Shown: piece after piece, positions 1 through 13,490 of the stretch | Layout: each line of letters opens with the position of its first letter | How positions within the stretch are numbered: position 1 is the stretch's first letter | Assembly (NCBI GenBank): GCA_028023455.1 | Contig: JAQFVV010000001.1 | Location: forward strand, 27,590,001-27,654,000 | Direction: 5' to 3' | Source of the DNA: Epiperipatus broadwayi | Taxonomy: Eukaryota > Animalia > Onychophora | DNA length: 64,000 nucleotides | Translations under genes and position numbers: made by a program | Notes under the pieces: generated by a model | What the model was told of the DNA's origin: nothing | Database searches by the model: none | Seen by the model: only the letters and a program-made list of their open reading frames with translations

Positions 1-759
1 ATCGATGTGATGGTCCTTTCGCTGAGGTCCGATTCCATTGTTTTTCTCTCCTATCTGACCATTGCTTATACATTTAAATGCCCAAGGCTAGTTTACATTT
101 AACTAATTAAAACAATCATTTCCATTTTTCAATAACACCAATTAATTTGTTTTCAAACTTAAAGATATATTTTTATCTCCAAATCTTTTTAAGTTTTTGT
201 TTTTAAATTACCTTTTCTATTTTTAATAAAGTTTTATTTTAATAATTTTTTTCATCTGTGCGATTTTATATATATGAGTTTAGTATAGAATTTTAATTTT
301 CAATTTTTAATTCTTAAAAAGGAAGTTTTATTTGCGAACTTTTATTCTTTTCATGTTTACTAATAAAAAAACAATGTAACGTACGTATGTGCCCATTACA
401 ATATATATATATTATTCTGTTTAAGAAATGTTTTAGTAAACAACATTTTAATTGAAATACGTTATCTGGATCAACACACATGTCAAAAAATTATGAAACA
501 CAATAGTACCTTACCTTGGTTTGATTTTAATCAATGACTGACTGACTACCTTGGGATAAATATATTGTTCTTCTTTGAGTGAAATTAAGAAAATTGAATT
601 TTTCTTTTTAATAGTATCAAAAACTTACATATTTTTTTTTTTTTTACAGACAGACAACTTCCATATTTCTCCATTCTTTTTTATTTCATAAATAATTTCA
701 TATAAAGATACAATAAAAGACAAATAACCCCAAGATGCATTTCATCCTAAATTTATTCT

Positions 760-1480
760 GTTAAATGTATATAAAGATATATTTAAGAATGTTGTGGTAC
801 TGCAGCATATTATTTGAAATCTTTACAAACACTTCAAAAGTTTACATTAAGAATTATTTTAAGTTTTTGGCTTGGAAAATATTTGAATTGTATATATGTG
901 CTGGAGTTATTTTAAACATTTCATGTGAATATTTTAAAAATAAAACAAAAATGTTATTCAAACATTATTGTTAACCAAATTTATGTGATTATGCTTTATT
1001 AAAAATTATTGTTAAGCATCAAAAATATTATCTTGGCCCAAAATATTATAACATTTTTTGAGGAATATTAAATTTAATGTTAATGACTTATCAAGAAAAA
1101 AAATTAGAATAAATTAGTTATGGATTGGATTGTGATTAATAATAATGAAAAACTGTTTATTTGCAATTAACTCTTTAATTACTTATTAGTATTTTTGTTA
1201 GGAAGACTATTCCTGGAGTAATGTGTACTATACCTATTTTTGTAAGAAGTTATATATAGGTCAGAATAGTTTGAGCTTAAATGAAAGAATAAAAATACAT
1301 AAAAGTAACATTAGAAATAATTATCTTAGTTGTGCTTTATATATCCATGAAAGAAATACAGGCCACACTATTAGTTTTGATGAGGCTAAGGTCTTCTTTG
1401 AATGAAGTGAAATAAAAAGAATTAAAGATCTTTATTATTAAAAATTTTGGATTCTGAAGCCGCTAAATTATTTAAGAGTT
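760..1480 (+). mobile_element. Degraded Penelope-like element (PLE), GIY-YIG endonuclease end
   Basis: 1203-1405 translates, across a frameshift, as IPGVMCTIP..CKKLYIGQNSLSLNERIKIHKSNIRN..SCALYIHERNTGHTISFDEAKV. This matches the PLE GIY-YIG pattern GVVY.IPC..C...YIGQT.R.L..R..EH......S.L..H....H...F. Boundaries approximate. Confidence 0.65.
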
Positions 1481-1701
1481 CTTTTAATATTAAGGTGGTG
1501 TGGGATGTAATTGAGAAGTGTGGATAATAATAATAGTACATATTTATTGAATGTTTTTAGTAAATAGTATGTATTTATTGAATGTTTTTATTCCTTTGCA
1601 CTTTATAAGTCTATTTTTGGCAGGGAAACAAATGGTTGTATTATAGAGTTTATTTTCTTTGGATAATCTTGTTTAGTTTTGAATTGGTGTAATTTTAATA
1701 T

Positions 1702-2457
1702 ATAATAATAATAGTAATAATAATAATAATAATAAGGAGGAGGAGGAGGAGGAGGAGGAGAAGGAGGAGGAGGAGGAGGATGAGGAGGAGGAGGAGGACG
1801 AGGAGGAGGAGGAGGAGGAGGAGGAGGAGGAGGAGGAGGAGGAGGAGGAGGAGGAGGGAGGGAGGGGGAGGAGGAGGAGGAGGAGGAGGAGGAGGAGGAG
1901 GAGGAGGAGGGGGGAGGGAGGGGGGGGGAGGAGGAGGAGGAGGGGGGAGGAGGAGGAGGAGGAGGAGGAGGGGGAGGGAGGAGGAGGGAGGGGGGGGAGG
2001 AGGAGGGAGGAGGAGGAGGAGGAGGGAGGAGGAGGAGGGAGGAGGAGGAGGAGGAGGAGGGAGGAGGAGGAGGAGGGAGGAGGAGGAGGAGGAGGAGGGA
2101 GGGAGGAGGGGGGGGGAGGGGGAGGAGGGAGGGGGAGGAGGGGGAGGGAGGAGGGAGGGAGGAGGGAGGAGGGAGGAGGAGGAGGAGGAGGGAGGGAGGA
2201 GGGGGGAGGGAGGGAGGAGGAGGAGGAGGGAGGGGAGGAGGAGGGGGAGGGAGGGGGGAGGGGGAGGGAGGGAGGAGGAGGAGGGAGGGGGAGGAGGGAG
2301 GGAGGAGGAGGAGGAGGAGGGGGAGGAGGGAGGGAGGAGGAGGGAGGAGGAGGAGGAGGAGGAGGAGGAGGGAGGAGGGAGGAGGAGGAGGAGGGAGGAG
2401 GGAGGAGGGGGGAGGAGGAGGGAGGGAGGAGGAGGAGGAGGAGGAGGGAGGAGGAGG
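1702..2457. repeat. (AAT)n (1702-1734) followed by a ~720 bp purine-only (GGA)n/G-rich low-complexity tract (1735-2457)
   Basis: Seen directly. The ORFs 1673..2554 and 1780..2475 are by-products of this tract. Confidence 0.97.
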
Positions 2458-3285
2458 CTTTTAACTTATCACTAGCACAGTATTCTCCAGTATTAAACTT
2501 AAAAGGAATGAGTAAAACACTTTCATTCAAAAGATATTCTATGTAAATTTTCATGCAATCTCACCCAAAACATTTTATAATTCAATTTACAAAAGTGGGA
2601 CAAATTCCTAATTGTTTAATAATCTTGTAAATAGACAACAACTATCATATATGTAACATAAATTAAACAATACCAAATAATAGGAATTACATTCAGCGAA
2701 ATAACCTGACTTAAATACACTGTGATCATTTTATTGCAATGTCCTTAAGTGTCAAAAGTTCTAATGCAATGGACAAAAATGAAATATTTTCATTTATTCC
2801 TAAATTATGGGATATCTAAACAAATTCTAACAATGATAAACTTGAAATATTAGTCAACTTATATTATTATATAATATTATATGCAGCCACTTATATTATC
2901 TCCATTGATTTGGTGTTAGAATTTGTTTAGGTGAATCGATATGATAATTTTTGTATGATGCTGTCTAAACATTACCATTGATTTAAGTTTCATACTCAGC
3001 CATATTAGAGTTTGATTAGATCTCTATATAATAACTTGGGAATGAATGTGTTTTATTTTTGTTCATGCCATCAGAACTTTGATGCCAGTGGCCATTTGAT
3101 TAAAATATGTTAATATTATTTATATTAGAAGGTTGCCTTTCTGTCTATTTCATATTATGCAGTGCTGTTTAACTTATCTTGCATATATGGCAGTTTATCA
3201 AATAAATAGCAAATAACTTTTTCTTTGTAAAACAAATTATTTAATAGTTGCTGGCAATAGAATTTATTAAGATATTCATGTAATG

Positions 3286-3643
3286 CAGGGGTCCCCAACC
3301 TTTTTGCACTTAAGAGCACATTCTATAATACCGGCGAGGTGGCGGGCACCACTTATTTTTTCAACTAGGTGGCGAGCGCCATTTATTTTTTCAATGTAAA
3401 TTTATAGTTGGATATTGTTAATAATACACATAATGTACAAAAAAATATTTATTTTAAAAATACAATTTTAATATATAATTAACGTATAAATTTTTATGCT
3501 GTAAAAGTATAGTATGCCCTACAATTTGATTACAATATAATACAATAATTTATAAGAAATTTTAAAAATTAAATTTATTTGTATCAGATAAATAATGTTT
3601 TATCGTGTTCAGATAGCCGCGGGCATAGGGTTGGGGACCCCTA
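3286..3643. mobile_element. hAT-family MITE (358 bp)
   Basis: TIRs are CAGGGGTCCCCAACC (3286-3300) and GGTTGGGGACCCCTA (3629-3643, 1 mismatch). A perfect 8-bp TSD ATGTAATG lies at 3278-3285 and 3644-3651. An 8-bp TSD is typical of hAT. There is no ORF. Confidence 0.9.
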
Positions 3644-6273
3644 ATGTAATGATTTGGGAATGAATGGAAATGTTTCATTTTCATTCATTATGTCAGTACA
3701 TTGACACTGGAAGGCAATTAATTAAAATATCATAGCATATTTAAGAGATTATCCAACTGTATATATGTTTATTATCAAATTGTGTATTAAATGATTTCAT
3801 TAGTTATCTTCTATTTAGGTTAGACCTAGAACATCTTCCCTTAGCTTATAGCCAAGTTAATCATGTCTCCCTTATAATTTCTTTTCATATTACTGTATAA
3901 CTATTCATCCATTGTCCTTTTCTTATCTGTTATTATCAAATCATTCAGTCTGAATCGTGCATCATTCTAGAATTTTTTATTTTTATTATAAAAGTTTAAC
4001 AAAAACAAAATGTTTATTACCATTTTCACATCTCTCATCTTTGTATTCCATCTACACTTTATCATGTTTTTTTTTTCAATATCTCTATTCTACAAACAGA
4101 TGTTCTATATTCTTACTCTCCTCCTTAGTTTAAATTAAATCTGCAACCTAAATATGTAATTCATTTTTGTTTTTATTTTGCTGTTCAAAGTATCTGGTTT
4201 TGTTTCATGTAATTGAAAGTTTCCTCTAGTGTTGTATATATTTTCTTCATATGTTTTATGTAGCGTTTTTTTTTTTTTTAAAGAACACTTTTTAAAATCT
4301 GTTTGAATTTAACAGCAGTGACATCCAAACACGTGACAATGTTAACAGACTCCCCTTTCAATATTTATTTTCTATATAAATAAGAATAATTAGCTAAATA
4401 CTATTTATAAGAGTATTCATTGATGAGATTACCTGTTTTATAATTTACTTTATGTGAAGATAGAAAATTCTGTAGTTAGGAATTACAATTTAAAGTGAGA
4501 ATTTGATACTTATTTTAGAGCTTTAATAATGATTATCAATTAATGATTTTGTGATAAAATATTGTTTTGTGCCCAACAATTTATTATTTTCTTTATGAAT
4601 ATTTCACTAATATATACTGTAGAATTATCATTTCTATTAAGAATGGTTTGCATTATATTTAGTATCATATTTTTATAATACTTTATCAATTTTTTTTTTA
4701 AGAAGAAAAGCTCATAAATTTTGAAGAATATTGATAGAAAATATTGATATTTTACTTATTGTTCAAGAATGTTTATAAATTCTCAATAATATTTAACTTA
4801 GAAGAATAGGAAGATGATGAATTATATAAATAACATCATTATAATATATATCAAAATAGTATTTGATTATGAATTGAATATATTAGAGTATTCTTGTGTT
4901 AATTGATGACATTATTATAAACTATGCTATCATCAAATTTCAAAGATATTCAAATTGTTGATATTTATTTCCTGTCATATAAAACAATGATTGAATTAAG
5001 AAAAACTTACTAGTTGGTGGAAGAAAGTCGTATTGATAATTTTGTTTTGGAAATTACCAGACAAATTTCAACATTAATTGGGAACAAATATAAACTCATT
5101 TAATCATAAGGTTTGACTTTAATCTCTTATTCTTCAGTTTTTATTATATGTGCATGCATAATCATATTAACATTTGGAAATGGTTGCTTTGAATTGTTTG
5201 GTGATATTGGAGTGTTTGAATGTATATTGTTGCATCTTTAGAGTTATTTTTAGTTTTCATGTTTTTGTCTATAGTAGTTTATAATGCTTACAGGTTCATT
5301 TCTGTAAAGATGATTTTCAACCCAATTGATTGTTGAAGATTTTTATTGTCACATTTTTATTAAATGCAGCTATTATGCTTGAGACTTAATGTTGAAACAT
5401 TAAACAATTAGTATTCTAGCTAATTGGGGCCAACAACTTGAATCATGACATTTATTAAATATTTATGGAATTGATGTGAAGTTTTTTTTACTATTCTTTT
5501 ATGGTTCTATCTGTTAAACAAATAGACATTTCATCAATTTTTTTTATTTCTTTGCATCATGATATTTTTACATTTTGTCTAATTTTGGGGATATATGTGT
5601 ATATATATGACCTTTAGTAAATTTATGAAGCATTTACATATTGTAAATGAAAACTTGTAAACGATTTAATATATAGTATATATTTTACCTAGGAATAAAT
5701 TTCTTACCATTTATTTTTCTTTCATTTTTAAAATTGGCTGCTACAAAATGTAATCAAATATGCACTAGTTTATAAGTTATTTATCAGTAAAATATTCGTT
5801 AATAGTTTATTTTAAATTTTATATAAATAAGATGAAATGAAATTTCAAATAAAAATTCAATTTACTGCAAATTTTCATCTGACTGCTTTTTAAAATTAAA
5901 TTGCAGATCATTTTTAAATCAAAATATTAGACATAAAACATTTAATTTTCTTATATTTGTTAGAAATATTGGCATTGAGAAAATGTTTTAATTTGAAAAT
6001 TAGTCTGATGTTTTTTCACATAGATCAGAAAAATAGTTGCTATAATAAAGATTTAATTATTTTAAATATTAGCATATTGGATAAATAATACATTTTTTCT
6101 ATAAGCAAGTTTTATAAATATCTAACAAATTTGTTTTTGTAAAAGGCTTTTTATATAGTATTTAAAAAGTGTATTATATACACATTGTATAAAAACTTAA
6201 GAATATTCAATGCACAAGTCTTTTTATTGTGAGAATTTCATAATATAATAGTGTTATCATATATATGCTTGCT

Positions 6274-6590
6274 ATATTCAAGATCTGAGTCCAAATCCAG
6301 GTCAGGTAAAACCTGAAAAATTTTTCAGGCTCTAAACAGGATTTTTTTTTTTTCCAGAGAGCAATTCCATAGTAAACATTGCTAATCATCCAATATTGAT
6401 TGATAAATGTATATTTAGATTTAAAATTGACCATATTCAAGATCAGAGTCCAAATCCAGGTCAGGTAAAACCTGAAAAATTTTCCAGGCTCTAAACAGGA
6501 TTTTTTTTTTCCAGAGAGCAATTCCATAGTAAACACTGCTAATCATCCAATATTGATTGATAAATGTATATTTAGATGTAAAATTGACCA
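6274..6590. repeat. Tandem duplication, 2 x ~159 bp, near-identical
   Basis: ATATTCAAGATC(T/A)GAGTCCAAATCCAGGTCAGG...AAAATTGACCA starts at 6274 and again at 6433. Confidence 0.93.
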
Positions 6591-6940
6591 AATTTTTATC
6601 AGAAACTTGAGTAATCTAATATGTAATGTAATGCTTTTTTAAAATTTTATTTTATGAAGAGTTGTCATAGAGACCATTGTTCCCAACAGCTATTTAAATG
6701 TTCTTTTACATTTACAATATCTTTTTCTGCAGATATGCAAATCAGTTTTTGTTTAAAAAATAGAGAAATTAAAATTATTATTATATAAATAGATTATATT
6801 ATATATTTTAACGTATAATATCAAATCTTCATTGAATTTTAGAAATAATTTTGTAATTTAAACATATCAGATTTTTATTATACTAAAAATACACTAGATC
6901 TTTAGTAGAAGGTAATCTTGGACTTATTATACTTAGATAT

Positions 6941-8070
6941 TATTCAAACAGAAGTCAATCTCCGATAATGTACTATTTCTTAAATATTAAAATTTCCACA
7001 CACTCACCTGCCGGTAAGAGTTTAAAAAACTTAAGTGAATCACTTAAGTTTAGAGCATACATTCTATATACATTCTTACAAACTATGCTTAAATCAGGGC
7101 TTGAGTCTATGTGTGCCTGATGTTATAATCAAATATTCAATTGTACAAATCTATTTAACCCATCACAGGAGATAATGTTCAATTAGACAAACATGACTTA
7201 TAAATGTAAATCTATTATTATAGAGCGCTGAAAACTTTTAAATTATTCAAACGGAAGTCAATCCCCGATAATGCGCTATTTCTTAAATATTATAAATTTC
7301 TGTGCACTCACCCTCTGGTAAGAGTTTAAAAAACTTAAGTGAATTACTCAAGTTTAGAGCATACATTCTATATACACCAATTATTACAGATCATGCTTAA
7401 ATCAGGGCTTGGATCTATTGTGTGCCTAATGTTATAATCAAATATTCAATTGTACAAATCTATTTAACCCATCACAGGAGAAAGACAGTGTTTCATCTTT
7501 AACCACCTATGATTAGACAAACATGATTTATAAATGTAAATCTATTATTATAAAGTGCTGAAAACTTTGAAATTATTCAAATAGAAGTCAGTCTCCAATA
7601 ATGCACTATTTCTTAAATATTGTAAATTTCTATGCACTCGCTCGCTAGTAAGAGTTTAAAAAACTTAAATGAATCACTGAACTTTAGAGCGTACATTCTA
7701 TATACACCAATTCTTACAGACCATACTTAAATCAGGGCTTGAGCCTATTGTGTGCCTGATGTTTGTCTAATCGTAGGTGATTAAAAATGAGACACTGTTT
7801 TTCTCGTGTGATGGGTTAAATAGATTTATACAATTGAATATTTGATTATAACATTAGGCACACAATAGACTCAAGCCCTGATTTAAGCATGGTCTGTAAG
7901 AGTTGATATATAGAATGTAAGCTCTAAACTTAAATGATTCACTTAAGTTTTTTAAATTCTTACCAGCGAGCGAGTTCATGGAAATTTATAATATTTAAGA
8001 AATAGCGCATTATCGGAGATTGACTTTCATTTGAATAATTTCAAAGTTTTCAGTGCTTTATAATAATAGA
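6941..8070. repeat. Composite repeat: ~2.6 direct copies of a ~300-330 bp unit followed by one inverted copy; flanked by a 13-bp direct repeat
   Basis: The unit ATTATTCAAA..GAAGTCA..CTCCGATAATG starts near 6940, 7241 and 7572. Orientation flips near 7762, and the reverse complement runs to 8070. TATACTTAGATAT occurs at 6928-6940 and 8071-8083. Confidence 0.85.
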
Positions 8071-8339
8071 TATACTTAGATATCAAAAACTTATTCCAAA
8101 AGATTTAAAGATTTTATTTTTAAACTTCAAATTGTAACATGATTGAAGCTATTTTCTTTATTTAAAGAAAATGAAACTCGTAATACAATTGATAAACAAT
8201 AATTAATTTGATAAAATATTGAAATAAATATCTTGGAAGATAATCAGAAGTTAATTTTAATTTCCAGTTAAAAAATTAAAAAAAAATGTATTGCTAATAA
8301 AAAAAGAAACTGTTTTCATTATATATATTCTAATGTACA

Positions 8340-8560
8340 GAATAAGGAATGGTGAGGGGATAATATATAATTACTCATAAAAATCACCAGGGATGGTGCC
8401 ACTAAAGATCAAATGAGCAAAGAAATCATTATCAGAATCAAGTAATAAGCCACAGACATAATATCAACAATAGTCAGTCACTATTCAATAGTCAAATAGA
8501 GTATATTATAGTTAATGTGACTGGATTTAAAAGTGGTACACTATGAAGTCTTAGATTAAT
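8340..8560 (+). mobile_element. Possible RTE-clade LINE relic (post-RT region)
   Basis: ITRDGATKDQMSKEIIIRIK resembles the RTE motif IT.DG...KEI..RI..A. Heavily decayed. Confidence 0.3.
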
Positions 8561-11500
8561 TATCATCCAGACAGTGCCAAACTTAGGGCATAATATTATT
8601 AAAATTATCAGTATTTCATCTGCGTGCAAATATGAAGTGGTAAATAATGAAAATTAAACATATATGAAAAAAATACTGGGACAGTTGCATCAATATTGTT
8701 CATCATTAATTCTCAGAGACTTCAGATATCAGTGGTGTACTGCCACTGATTATTATCATAAAATCTATAAAGCAAAATGAGGAGAGTTTAAAGGTGAGCT
8801 TCATTACCTTAGCATCATCAAAATAATTCTAGAGAATCATACATGTTTATACACATACACATTCCAGCTACTGTTGGTCTGAATTAACTTGGGGATTGCA
8901 AAGATCCTGATGACTAAACAAGATAATATACACAATACTTAACTATGTGATTTTTAAATAACTTCTCTGAAATAATTTAAAATAGAAATTCTAAATTTTT
9001 TAAAATAAAATTAAAAATAAAAAAATTAATTAAAAATTTTTTAAAAAAAAAAATTTGTTTTTTTTTTTAAAATCAAAAAAATTTTCTTAATTGATAAAAA
9101 CTTAACTATATATTAACAGTATTAATAATTTACAGATATATACATTTTAAAAACTATTTAATAACCATATATATGTATGCACAAACATATATGTCTAATA
9201 ATAGAAAATATTCTGCTTTAACAAATATAAATAATTAAATGAAAATACAATGAACACATACATGCATGCATATTCTAATATAAAATAATATTACAGTTAT
9301 TTTAAATATCTTTACAAACAAGTTATTTTTTTACCTGAATACTCTTAAAATAATAAACAAAAAAGTTTTTAAGATTTAAAAAACGATAATTATGAGTTTT
9401 CTACTAAACCAAGATGACAACTTGTATTTTTGATAGATTTATAATTTCGGAAGCTCCCCCCCACCCCCCAAAAAAAATGTTTACAAAAAATGCCTGCTAG
9501 GAAAATTATATTTAATATTTACATTTTATTTTTTATTACTGTTATTTAAAAAATAAAAAATCATTGTGGAAAAATTAATTACAATATTCACAATTTATTT
9601 TCTTTTTTTTATATTAACTTATTAACAGAAAAATAAAAAATAGATATGATTACAACATTTGTACTTTATTCATTGTTGGCATGTAATGATATTGTGACCA
9701 TTAATACACACTTTTTGCTAGAGCCGGTATCCCATACTTTTGGAAATAGTCCACTGCATCACGTTCTTTGTCAGGAAGCTCTTAAATTTTTATCATTATT
9801 ACAATTTACCAAAAAAAAAAACCATGCTGAATTGAACCAAAGTATAATAATGTTAAGAGCATCATATCGCTTCCCATGTTATATATAAGTAAAAAAAAAA
9901 ATTGAAATAAAGCTTCTTAATGAAATTTATTTGAATTTACTCATTTTTTTACATTTAGCAATCAGTTTATTAATTTTGTTTTAATTTAATAACTAACACA
10001 TCTTCAGTAGATTGTAAGTCCTGGAAACTATTAATCAAAAATAGGGCTGCCATTTGGTTTACCAGAAAATCATACATATGAAAAAAACAACAACATTACT
10101 TTTCTTTGAAAGTCCATTTCATATTTATTTTTTCTTTAACTTTGTTTTTCTCTGCTTGCAGACTTTACATAAAGATTTTCTGATTTCTGTTCATTAGCTA
10201 CTTTTTTGGCCACCTGTTTTAATTTTATTCAAAAATTTACCATCAATTATTGTAAGAAATTTTACTCTTTTTTTTTATTATTAAAAAAAGACAAATTGAA
10301 GTGAAAATGAGTTGGGTATAAATAGTTTTGATAAATATTTATCAGAATATGACAATTACTGTAGAAATGGTTTTAGAATTAAATGTTTTTAATAATCTAC
10401 AAATTGTGGTCCTTTCTGTAAATACTTGAATGTGATCCTCTTTGCTAAGACTATTTCTAAATCTAACTTGTTTTTTTTGGTTGACCAAAATAAAATTATT
10501 TTTTATGATAATCATTTTTTAAAGTATTTATAAAAGTAATAAAAAGTGAAATTTTAAGAGTTATGAAAATATTCAAATTATATTGAGAAATAAAGCAAAA
10601 CAAACTTATATCTGATTCTCCAACTAACACAACCTTTCTCCTCTAATTTATCATATCAATTTGTTTATTTCTTAAAAATATTACTTTAGAATACCTTTTA
10701 TTTTTATTAATAAAAATATTATTCAAGGAATGAGAGAATGTAGAGCTTTGCTTATTCTCTTATTAAACTCGACTTCTAGAAACCAAAATAAATAGTAAAA
10801 TATTGATTCATTATCATTAAAATTAAATAGTAAATTAGGCAAAATCAATTGAACAAGTGATTCTCACAAAATAATATTAGTTAGAACTTGCACCATTGTG
10901 AACAAAATTGAATAGGCAGTATTTTCTACTAAGGGCCCATATGGAACAAAAAAAGAAAAGAACAAACAAATCATTTAAACTGGAACACTATTTTTTTATG
11001 GCATAAAAATTGTCTATTTATATACCTGATTATTTAAGTTTTGGAATTTGAATGAATTATTAGAAATTTCAACATAGTATCTGCCAATAATTGCAGATTC
11101 ATCATCACTGGCTTGAAAATAATTATTCAATAAAAGATTAGAATTTCCTGAATTTGAATTTATTAATTTTAGGCATGTGTCTGCCTGTATAAGCATTATC
11201 ATAAATTATCTCAGTCATTTTTATCATGTAGTTGCTTTCTCAATTTATTATGATACTGTCTTTTTTCATATCTGATTTCTTTTTAAACATGAGTATTATG
11301 TAATTATGAAAGCTTGTAATAAATGCATTGAATATTGAGAGATTAGTTTGTTTACAAAATTTCAAATGATTTTTTAAAAAATATATTTTTTTACTTTTTA
11401 ATAATTTTTTCACATGGCCATTGTTAATGTTAAAGTTTTAATATATATTGTAATGCTACTGAGCATATATTCTCATAAATAACTTCGAAGGTTTTAATAA

Positions 11501-12059
11501 ATAAACAAAAGCATAAAATCTAAAGTGTTATTATCAGAAAAGGGTACAATTAATTAATTAGAAGGGGAAGAAAGTTTAACTTCATAGAGGTTTAATAAAA
11601 GAAGTTTAAAGAGTTTTTTTAAAAAAACAGTTTGTTAAAAATCAATTTATTCATAGTTTTACATATTAAGGAGTAATTAAAGATACTCTCTCTCTTCATT
11701 TAAAAAAAAAAAATTAAAGAAAAAGAAAAAAAGGGGAAAGACATGTTGAAACTAAAAGCTTAAAATAAATTTTTTTTATATAAATTAAAAAATATCTCTT
11801 GTTTATAATGAGTCGATTTTAAAAATATATATTTGCGTTAATAGTGATTGTAAACATAAGGAATAGTAAAATAAATGTGTGCTTGATGATAAAATAAATA
11901 TGTGCATGTTCAATGTTAAGTAATAAATGAAAGTTAAAAAAATACTGTATAATCATAAGAAATATAAACACAGAATTTACTATGGCTACAAATTAAAAAT
12001 CCACAAAACAACAAATTTGCAATGGCTATTAAATGAAAACATGTAATCAAAAGCTTATC

Positions 12060-12500
12060 AATACTGGAGGAATTTCGACAACAAATATACCTGGCGGACA
12101 TAAAAACCAATTACCAAAGTGACAACAGGTCATCACATAAATAGTCCAGATTTTCATCAATCTAGCAATTGAGTTCGAAATCAGTTGAGTTTATTCAATC
12201 AGTTCTCAGTCAGTCTTCTCATGCATTTGTTAACAAAGGCCACGCAGTGCTAACAGCCATTGGAACCATATGACTTCTCTTCAAGCCTGAGTCCGACGAA
12301 AATAACCAATCTGCCCGGAAAAAGTAATGCCTGCTTAACAACTTGAAAAAAATGCCAGGGATATGTAACTGTCTTAAAGAATAATGCCATGGAATACTAA
12401 GCATTAAACCTCCACAAAAATCTCTAATCCAAATCCTATTGGAAGTAAATTTCACAACAAATAGCAAGAAGTATCCACATTCTGAAATCCTAGGTAATAA
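12060..12500 (+). mobile_element. Possible Ty3/Gypsy RNase H relic
   Basis: Fragments ILEEFRQQIYL..QSDN and LEPYDF..LPGKSNA resemble (AL/V)EHFRQYLY..TDH and L..YDF.I.Y.PGKSN. There are many stops. Confidence 0.3.
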
Positions 12501-12745
12501 ATAACATTTTCTTATTTCCATTTCTAATTAATGTAGCCATTGCAATCCTTAAAGCTCCCAGAGTCAGTTAATAAATGAACTCTATAGCATGCATAAAGAA
12601 CTATTGATGTGCATGTTTTGAAATGTCATGTATGTGAATGCTTTATGATATTTTATATTGATTTCATGTATTTATTAAATGCCATGTATTATTTAATGCT
12701 TGTATTATATTCTATTTTATTATATAAATTCAAAGTATGTGCATA

Positions 12746-13348
12746 GTCATTACATGTAATTAACATTGTCTAATTTAATTAAGTTCTTATAAAAGTATTT
12801 AAAATTAGAATAATAAATGTGTAGTTAAAATAAATTATCTTTAAACATAATATGTGTCAGTCAATCTTTTACCACTAAATAAAGTAATTTGTTATTGTAT
12901 TACTTTTTGATTGAGCTAGTCATGGGATATTTCAAGTGCTGGATTATGAGCTGACTGTCCTGGCATGTTAGTTGCTTCATGTAACTAGCTGGCACTGGAG
13001 GTTTTCCTCAAAATAAATAATGTGCTTGGATAGTAGGGCTTTGAATGTCATTATATGTAATTAACATTGTCTAATTTAATTAAGTTCTTATAAAAGTATT
13101 TAAAATTAGAATAATGAATGTGTAGTTCAAATAAATTATCTTTAAATGTAATATGTGTCAGTCAATCTTTTACCACTAAATAAAGTAATTTGTTATTGTA
13201 TTACTTTTCGATTGAGCTAGTCATGGGATATTTCAAATGCTGGATTATGGGTCTACTGTCCTGGCATGTTAGTTGCTTCATGTAACTAGCTGGCACGGGA
13301 GGTTTTTCTCAAAATAAATAATGTGCTTGGATAGTAGGGCTTTGAATG
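12746..13348. repeat. Tandem duplication, 2 x ~301 bp, high identity
   Basis: GTCATTA(C/T)ATGTAATTAACATTG...GATAGTAGGGCTTTGAAT starts at 12746 and again at 13047. Confidence 0.95.
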
Positions 13349-13359
13349 TAGCAGTTGAG

Positions 13360-13490
13360 ATGGACCATGGTCTGGAAATGTGATCGTGTTATGCGTTGCA
13401 TAGCTCGGTCTGATTGTGGGTATTGTTGATAGCTCTGCTATCGATGGTATTCTCCTCTCTGCTTGAAAGGCCGGTCCGTTCACATAATAT
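13360..13490 (-). mobile_element. Possible LTR-retrotransposon integrase core relic
   Basis: The minus strand gives VNGPAFQA and, after a frameshift, GEYHR*QSYQQYPQSDRAMQRI. This resembles DNGP.F....GI.H..S.PY.PQSNG..ER. Confidence 0.4.

Noticed and set aside
1673-2554. 293-aa and 231-aa Pro/Ser/Leu- and Arg/Gly/Glu-rich ORFs
   Set aside because: They are translations of the GGA tract with no non-repeat domain.
9700-9785. Possible minus-strand exon ELPDKERDAVDYFQKYGIPALAK
   Set aside because: Weak splice sites, no recognisable family and no neighbouring exons.
11060-11115. GTGATGATG + ATCTGC/GCAGAT hairpin on the minus strand
   Set aside because: GAAA is displaced by about 8 nt and the core is imperfect.
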